DNA of 32,000 nt from Patescibacteria group bacterium. GTDB taxonomy: Bacteria; Patescibacteriota; UBA1384; XYA2-FULL-43-10. Positions 27,050 through 32,000 of this stretch are shown one piece after another. Location: the NCBI GenBank assembly GCA_041674405.1, contig JBAYVT010000002.1, forward strand, positions 90,001 to 122,000. Direction: 5' to 3'. The notes under the pieces are model-generated. The model had not been told where the DNA came from and ran no database searches. It saw only the letters and a list, made by a program, of their open reading frames with translations. The position numbers and the translations under genes are program-made. Each line of letters begins with the position of its first letter. Position 1 is the first letter of the stretch.

Positions 27050-27122
27050 GCTATATTATGCGGTATAACTATTATAGTTTATATCTTTCAGTATTTAATT
27101 CGTTCGAAAGATTGATAAAATT

Positions 27123-27470
27123 ATGGGTAAAAAAAAGAATAAAAAACTGAAGAAAAAACAACATGGAAATACTGCGCCACAAATCATCACGCATCCTTCT
27201 ACTACCCCTCTTGCTCCTACAACAGAAATTGACGTAACCCCCGAAATAGAAGAAAAAGTTGAAAAAGAGGAAGTAAAAGAAGAGAAGAAAAATGACGGCT
27301 ACGATGACCCTGCTTACAAAGATGAGAAAAAAATCGTAGTGAAAATTTTGCTCACAATCCTTTTGATGGTTGTAATCCTCATTGTCGCATACTATGTAAA
27401 CCAAAAAACCACAATCTTGAGTTCATTTGGTGATTGGGTTTATAAGCTTCTCAATATTCAAACCCAATAG
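27123..27470 (+). CDS. Hypothetical single-TM protein with Lys/Glu-rich cytoplasmic region
   Basis: 115-aa ORF on the plus strand, divergent from the tRNA cluster; VVKILLTILLMVVILIVAYYV TM; followed by a terminator. Confidence 0.7.
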   Translation: MGKKKNKKLKKKQHGNTAPQIITHPSTTPLAPTTEIDVTPEIEEKVEKEEVKEEKKNDGYDDPAYKDEKKIVVKILLTILLMVVILIVAYYVNQKTTILSSFGDWVYKLLNIQTQ

Positions 27471-27480
27471 ATAGATCGTT

Positions 27481-27518
27481 GCAAATTAAAAATCCGCTAT
27501 AGCGGATTTTTAATTTGC
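27481..27518. terminator. Bidirectional terminator (perfect 38-nt palindrome)
   Basis: GCAAATTAAAAATCCGCTA/TAGCGGATTTTTAATTTGC between convergent genes. Confidence 0.9.
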
Positions 27519-27528
27519 CTGTCTTTAT

Positions 27529-27687
27529 TTAATCGGTCTGTTTTTGTAAACCAAATAAGATCAGGTAAAACGTAACCAATAGTGTCACAACAATTGCAGG
27601 AAAAATTGAAATCTTAGTCGTCAAGATGAAAAATGCTGCTGCAATCCAAGTGATTACGATAATCAGAGTTACCCAAATACTTTTCAT
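27529..27687 (-). CDS. 52-aa two-TM small protein (not in the ORF track)
   Basis: AAGGAGATAT-ATG; MKSIWVTLIIVITWIAAAFFILTTKISIFPAIVVTLLVTFYLILFGLQKQTD. Confidence 0.6.
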   Translation of the reverse strand: MKSIWVTLIIVITWIAAAFFILTTKISIFPAIVVTLLVTFYLILFGLQKQTD

Positions 27688-27706
27688 ATATCTCCTTCTT
27701 AAATAT

Positions 27707-29242
27707 TTATAGCATCTGCCTAAATCTTAGCACAGAAGGCTTAATTTTTTTGTATAAAGACGGACGATTATCTATCAGATCTTCAAACCATTCGGAGATA
27801 TATGCTTTAGCATTATATCTTGCATCCTCATTCCAAGGATCTGAGAGTTTTTCATTTTCAATCTCATAATGAGAGAGTCGCTCTTGCATTTCATTCACCA
27901 CTTCCGGATATTCCCTAGCAAATTTTACTAGCGCATGTTTCATTTTAAAGGTGGGAGCAATCTGCATAGCCATCATATCCCCGATAACTAGAGTCCGAAT
28001 AAACATAATTAAATCTCTTTGAAAATGGACGCAATATTGCTCGGCTAATTTCATCCCCTTTATAAAAGCAACCGCCGTGCTCCTATCGTAAATCGGAGTT
28101 GATGGGTCGCCTGTTGCATCGTCCCAGTTATCCATAACTGACTTGAGCGGATGTTCAAATGAAGTTGATAATTCGGAGATAATCTGTAAAAACTGATCTG
28201 GTACTTGAATTTTATCTTGCGATAAAAATCTCACCCTTTCTTCAATCGGGCGGCTGCCAAGACGAATGAAAGCTGCGGCGGCCTTCTCTGCGTCAACATC
28301 TAAAACAATGTGGCGAATAAAGTTCCAAAAAAGTGAACGGCTAAATTTTGTAACATGACCAACTATGCCAAAATCTACTAGCGCAATTTTGCCATCATTG
28401 GTAATGATAATATTCCCTGGATGAGGATCACTATGATAGGTTCCAACCATAAAATATTGCCTACCAAGCTCAGAAATTATATCATCAGCAATTCTATCAA
28501 GATCAAAATCGATATCTCTAAATTGTTCATTTGTTACATTGCTATTTTTGGCACGCATGATATCCGTCAGTTTCGTGCCATGAATGAAATCCTGGGTCAA
28601 GATTTTGGCTGTTGTAAATTCTGAATAACACTCCGGCACAACAAAACGATTCGTTTTTGGCAAATTCTTCCGGATGATTTCCGCATTGTCTTTCTCGAGA
28701 CGGAAATCCAATTCTCGCAGCGTCGACTCTTCAAGCTCAAACAGAATATCTCGAACGCTCAATGTTTTCATCCTGAACATCAAATTCAAGAAAGGAGAAA
28801 TCGTTCTTAAAAACCTAAAATCTTTCTTTACTTTATATTCAAGATTCGGTCTCTGGACCTTGACTGCAACTTCCTTACCATTTGGAAGTATCGCCCGATG
28901 AACTTGGGCAAAAGAGGCTGAAGCTATTGGTGCATCTTCAAAAATCGTAAACATTTCATGCGGTGATTTTCCAAATTCTTTCGAAATAATCTCCTGAACT
29001 TCGGCATACCCCATCGGCGGCACATTATCGAAAAGCTCAGAGAGTTCCCAGCAATACTCTGGTGGCAAAATCTCATATCTCAAAGCTAAAATCTGGCCCA
29101 TTTTGATGAGCGCTCCGCCTGCTTCTTCCAGATACATTCGTGCAATCTTGGGATATGAATGCGGGTACAAACCAAGAGATCGGAAAAAGGAGAAAAATCC
29201 GTATTTAATTGTGAGACCAGTTAATTGAAGAGATCTAGGCAT
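27707..29242 (-). CDS. ABC1/AarF/UbiB-family atypical kinase
   Basis: ALRYEILPPEYCWELSELFDNVPP...PIASASFAQVHRAILPNGKEVAVKVQRPNLEYKVKKDFRFLR...HSDPHPGNIIITNDGKIALVDFGIVGHV. Confidence 0.95.
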   Translation of the reverse strand: MPRSLQLTGLTIKYGFFSFFRSLGLYPHSYPKIARMYLEEAGGALIKMGQILALRYEILPPEYCWELSELFDNVPPMGYAEVQEIISKEFGKSPHEMFTIFEDAPIASASFAQVHRAILPNGKEVAVKVQRPNLEYKVKKDFRFLRTISPFLNLMFRMKTLSVRDILFELEESTLRELDFRLEKDNAEIIRKNLPKTNRFVVPECYSEFTTAKILTQDFIHGTKLTDIMRAKNSNVTNEQFRDIDFDLDRIADDIISELGRQYFMVGTYHSDPHPGNIIITNDGKIALVDFGIVGHVTKFSRSLFWNFIRHIVLDVDAEKAAAAFIRLGSRPIEERVRFLSQDKIQVPDQFLQIISELSTSFEHPLKSVMDNWDDATGDPSTPIYDRSTAVAFIKGMKLAEQYCVHFQRDLIMFIRTLVIGDMMAMQIAPTFKMKHALVKFAREYPEVVNEMQERLSHYEIENEKLSDPWNEDARYNAKAYISEWFEDLIDNRPSLYKKIKPSVLRFRQML

Positions 29243-29408
29243 AAGACCTTACTTTGTTCGCATCTGAAACCCGATATAAAAAATTATAACGGTAGAAACC
29301 ATCGCCATATAAAAGAGCGATTGCGCAATTTCAAATGCATAATTAGCGATTATTACCATGATAATCCACAACACTGCGATGATGATTGTAATTAACGGAT
29401 AACGCATA
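29235..29408 (-). CDS. 57-aa small membrane protein overlapping the start of the kinase gene (not in the ORF track)
   Basis: AGAGGTGGGAATT-ATG; MRYPLITIIIAVLWIIMVIIANYAFEIAQSLFYMAMVSTVIIFLYRVSDANKVRSYA; stop TAG overlaps ATG of the kinase by a few nt. Confidence 0.5.
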
Positions 29409-29486
29409 ATTCCCACCTCTTGTAATTTATTTATTAAAACGTTTTATAATACTACTAAATAGATATTTTGTCAATATTTTTGCTGT

Positions 29487-31022
29487 TTAATAGGCCTTTT
29501 CTTTGGGTCTGTATTGAAGTGCTTCAGCAATGTGAGCAGAACTTATAATGTCGGATTCATTAAGATCAGCAATCGTACGGGCAATTTTTAAAATTCTATG
29601 ATACGAGCGCGCAGATAGCTTCATTCCTTCAACTGCACTAGCAATTAATTTTTCAGCTTCTTTTTCCAATATACAATATTCTTTGATATCTTTCGAGGTC
29701 ATTTCGGCATTCGATTTTAATTTACCATTGTCGCGAAATCGTCCATTTTGTTTCTCTCGTGCCTTGTTCACCCTCTTGCGAACCACAGATGATTCCTCCG
29801 CAACTTTATCCGTGGCAAGTTTTTCGTATTTCACCCGCGGGACTTCAATATGGATATCGATGCGGTCAAGCAAAGGACCAGAAACCTTTTTCTGGTAGCG
29901 GATTATCTGGGTCGGCGTGCAAACACAGCGTTTATCTGGGTCGGAAAGATATCCGCACGGACACGGATTCTGGGCGGCAACAAGTAAAAACTCTGCTGGG
30001 AAAGTCAATGATCCGGACGCACGAGATACTGTGACAATTCCATCTTCGAGCGGCTGGCGCAGGGCTTCAAGAACGTTTCTGGGAAATTCGGGGAATTCAT
30101 CCAAAAACAAAACTCCGCGATGGGAAAGAGATATCTCACCTGGTTTTGGCCACTGACCTCCACCAACCATAGCAACTCCTGATGTTGTATGGTGTGGCGC
30201 TCGAAACGGACGTTTTGTTATCAATGTTTTTGCTCCACTAGTCATGCCGGAAACTGAATAGATTTTTGTTACTTCTAGCATCTCCTCGTTTGCCATATCT
30301 GGCAAAATACTCGGGAGCGATCTTGCAAGTAATGTTTTACCCGATCCGGGAGGACCGGATAAGAGAATATTGTGATTGCCCGAAGCGGCAATCTCCATCG
30401 CCCTTTTCGCTTGTTCTTGTCCGGCGATATAAGCAAAATCCAATTCATATTTGATAGTTTTTTCTTCAGTAGGCGCTGATCTTTGATATCTATTGATTAT
30501 TTCTTCACTCCGAAGATGTTTAATCAATTTCGCTAAGCTTTCTACAGGAATAATCTCAATTCCTTGAACAAGGGCCGCTTCCTCCGCATTTACTTCGGGG
30601 ACATAAATTCGATCAAATCCAGACTCTTTGGCATACATTGCTATCGGGAGAATCCCATTTACATGCCGAAGCCTACCGTCTAGTGCTAACTCTCCGACAA
30701 ACAGCGCTTGGTTGTATTCGGGAACGTGTTGCAGCTGCTCTGATGCCAAAAGAATCCCTACCGCCATTGGCAGGTCAAAGCTCGGACCCTCTTTTTTCAT
30801 GTCGGCAGGCGCCAGATTTACCGTCAGACGATGTTGGGGGAAGGGTAAGTGGCAATTTTTGATCGCCGAGCGAATCCGCTCCTTGCTTTCATCGATGGCC
30901 TTATCCGGAAGTCCCACAATAGTAAAAGAGGGCAGTCCTGCTCCGATGTCGACTTCCACCTCGATCGGATAGCATTCCAAACCCATCGTCGTTGCCGATA
31001 GAACACGCGCAACTTTATTCAA
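29487..31022 (-). CDS. comM: YifB/ComM-family Mg-chelatase-like AAA+ ATPase; probable TTG start at 31022 (track 31037)
   Basis: (M)NKVARVLSATTMGLECYPIEVEVDIGAGLPSFTIVGLPDKAIDESKERIRSAI...NILLSGPPGSGKTLLARSLPSILP...APHHTTSGVAMVGGG...; GGGAGGGG SD just upstream of TTG. Confidence 0.95.
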   Translation of the reverse strand: MNKVARVLSATTMGLECYPIEVEVDIGAGLPSFTIVGLPDKAIDESKERIRSAIKNCHLPFPQHRLTVNLAPADMKKEGPSFDLPMAVGILLASEQLQHVPEYNQALFVGELALDGRLRHVNGILPIAMYAKESGFDRIYVPEVNAEEAALVQGIEIIPVESLAKLIKHLRSEEIINRYQRSAPTEEKTIKYELDFAYIAGQEQAKRAMEIAASGNHNILLSGPPGSGKTLLARSLPSILPDMANEEMLEVTKIYSVSGMTSGAKTLITKRPFRAPHHTTSGVAMVGGGQWPKPGEISLSHRGVLFLDEFPEFPRNVLEALRQPLEDGIVTVSRASGSLTFPAEFLLVAAQNPCPCGYLSDPDKRCVCTPTQIIRYQKKVSGPLLDRIDIHIEVPRVKYEKLATDKVAEESSVVRKRVNKAREKQNGRFRDNGKLKSNAEMTSKDIKEYCILEKEAEKLIASAVEGMKLSARSYHRILKIARTIADLNESDIISSAHIAEALQYRPKEKAY

Positions 31023-31133
31023 ATCCCCTCCCTGCATTTCAGTTCTTAGCCTCTTAGTCCCAAAAGGCCCCTTTGAGTTATTAGTTTTAACTAACTTAAT
31101 TGTAGAGTAAAATATCGTCTTTTAAAACCACTT

Positions 31134-31160
31134 GACCCGCCCCGAGCTTCGGGGCGGGTC
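31134..31160 (-). terminator. GC-rich hairpin downstream of the Cys-rich mini-gene pair
   Basis: GACCCGCCCCG-AGCTT-CGGGGCGGGTC, 11-bp perfect stem. Confidence 0.75.
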
Positions 31161-31180
31161 TCCAGATCTTCTTCCGACCG

Positions 31181-31315
31181 CTAGATGCGGCTCTCTGCCG
31201 TGTCGCAAGCGTCGCGGTACTCCTGGCAGGTGTACCCCGGATGACGCTCGCCGCACTCGCCGCAGACCTGTCCCTCTTCGGCTGCTTCTCTCTCTTTCTC
31301 CGCAAGTTCGCTCAT
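31181..31315 (-). CDS. GC-rich 44-aa Cys-rich mini-protein (possible zinc-knuckle)
   Basis: ACAGGAGGTCAAG-ATG is a near-ideal SD. Translation read by hand: MSELAEKEREAAEEGQVCGECGERHPGYTCQEYRDACDTAESRI; about 63% GC (85/135). Track reports only a different frame here. Confidence 0.65.
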   Translation of the reverse strand: MSELAEKEREAAEEGQVCGECGERHPGYTCQEYRDACDTAESRI

Positions 31316-31344
31316 CTTGACCTCCTGTGTAATGGCTGCAGGAT

Positions 31345-31521
31345 TCATCCGTGTGCGACTACCGGCTCAAAGGCCAGCATTACTTGAGAAAACGGCGACC
31401 TGGGTTGTTTGGTCGCCTTGTTGGAATCGAGGGCCCTGCGACTGCGTTTGCAGAGCCAGCATCGGTCAGAAAACCCATGATCACTCATGAATCCTCCCCG
31501 ACCATCGCAAACCGGGCACAT
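31345..31521 (-). CDS. GC-rich 58-aa Cys-rich mini-protein (CPVC...CWLC); alternative start at 31488 (MSDHGF...) with GGGGAGGA SD
   Basis: MCPVCDGRGGFMSDHGFSDRCWLCKRSRRALDSNKATKQPRSPFSQVMLAFEPVVAHG; lies downstream of a promoter at 31552-31580; track start 31572 is upstream of the -10. Confidence 0.55.
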   Translation of the reverse strand: MCPVCDGRGGFMSDHGFSDRCWLCKRSRRALDSNKATKQPRSPFSQVMLAFEPVVAHG

Positions 31522-31551
31522 ATAGCAATCACCAGCCCTTTCACATCGGGG

Positions 31552-31580
31552 ATAATACCAAAATTTAAGCATTTAGACAA
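31552..31580 (-). promoter_or_regulatory. Sigma70-type promoter for the Cys-rich mini-gene pair
   Basis: Minus strand TTGTCT (31580-31575), 17-nt spacer, TATTAT (31557-31552). Confidence 0.6.
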
Positions 31581-31611
31581 TTGAAAAAGGCCCTCTTAAG
31601 GCCTTTTTCAA
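31581..31611. terminator. Terminator downstream of the partial right-edge ORF
   Basis: TTGAAAAAGGCC-CTCTTAA-GGCCTTTTTCAA: 12-nt perfect arms. Confidence 0.85.
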
Positions 31612-31628
31612 TTTATTAGACTTACTAT

Positions 31629-32000
31629 TTAGTTCGTGAACTGGAATGAACTTACCATATTATCGATGGCAGTATCATGAACACCATGGGAATCATCATT
31701 TTTCCAAACTATTTGATATCCCCGGCCACCATGATTCAAATATATAGATGTAGAATATGTCCCGTCCAGAAGAGAAGGTTCGTTCTCTGTAACCTTCCAG
31801 CCTGTTGCCCCAGCTAGAGTTATGTCGGATACCGTCTGTTCCTGGCCAGCAGATGTTATTTGGCTTAAGCCAAATTCCTCATCAACCACAGATATCATAA
31901 AATAAGGGATAGGCATCTCAGAATTCGCCCTATATGTGTTATCTGCCACCCTGTCCTTATTTACAATCACATAAATATCTTTTTTGACTTGCTGCCCAGA
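31629..32000 (-). CDS. Hypothetical protein, C-terminal part (open to the right edge)
   Basis: Frame stays open past the GTG at 31970: ...SGQQVKKDIYVIVNKDRVADNTYRANSEMPIPYFMISVVDEEFGLSQ...YQIVWKNDDSHGVHDTAIDNMVSSFQFTN. Confidence 0.6.
   Translation of the reverse strand, partial: SGQQVKKDIYVIVNKDRVADNTYRANSEMPIPYFMISVVDEEFGLSQITSAGQEQTVSDITLAGATGWKVTENEPSLLDGTYSTSIYLNHGGRGYQIVWKNDDSHGVHDTAIDNMVSSFQFTN

Noticed and set aside
31096-31320. 69-aa minus ORF (31096-31305) and 62-aa plus ORF (31132-31320) in the GC-rich region
   Set aside because: Both run through the GACCCGCCCCG/CGGGGCGGGTC hairpin and are very Arg-rich; the 44-aa frame at 31181-31315 has the strong SD and stops before the hairpin.

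Overview
This 32 kb window reads as a compact, AT-rich bacterial chromosome segment, probably Candidate Phyla Radiation/Patescibacteria (inference from gene content, small genes and tight packing). Nearly everything is on the minus strand. Core genes: secA (partial), hpf/raiA, serS, a Cys-rich small ORF, lysS with a DUF2000-like tail, greA, a pbp2-mreD-mreC-mreB operon, mltG, ruvX, a large membrane-anchored surface protein, an FtsA/PilM-like ATPase, alaS (no C-Ala domain), a lytic transglycosylase, nrnA, an MBL-fold protein, rpsA, a SET-domain protein, an ABC-2 exporter pair, an anchored oligopeptide-binding-like protein, secG, an ABC1/UbiB-like kinase and comM. There are seven tRNAs, all with encoded CCA: Leu-UAA, Val-UAC, Leu-GAG, Leu-CAG, Phe-GAA, Cys-GCA, Gly-GCC. 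There is no CRISPR array, no recognisable transposase and no defence system I can defend. The most interesting signals are: (1) four unusually GC-rich mini-genes (44-73 aa, about 57-63% GC by hand count for the three counted) with their own promoters, Shine-Dalgarno sites and/or strong hairpins, two of them a Cys-rich pair in one small operon; (2) a divergent promoter pair sharing one -35 element between the FtsA-like gene and one mini-gene; (3) an exact 21-nt duplication of the tRNA-Leu(GAG) 3' end, with a 17-bp-arm hairpin abutting the intact tRNA, next to a SET-domain gene; (4) a lysyl-tRNA synthetase with a 140-aa C-terminal DUF2000-like extension.
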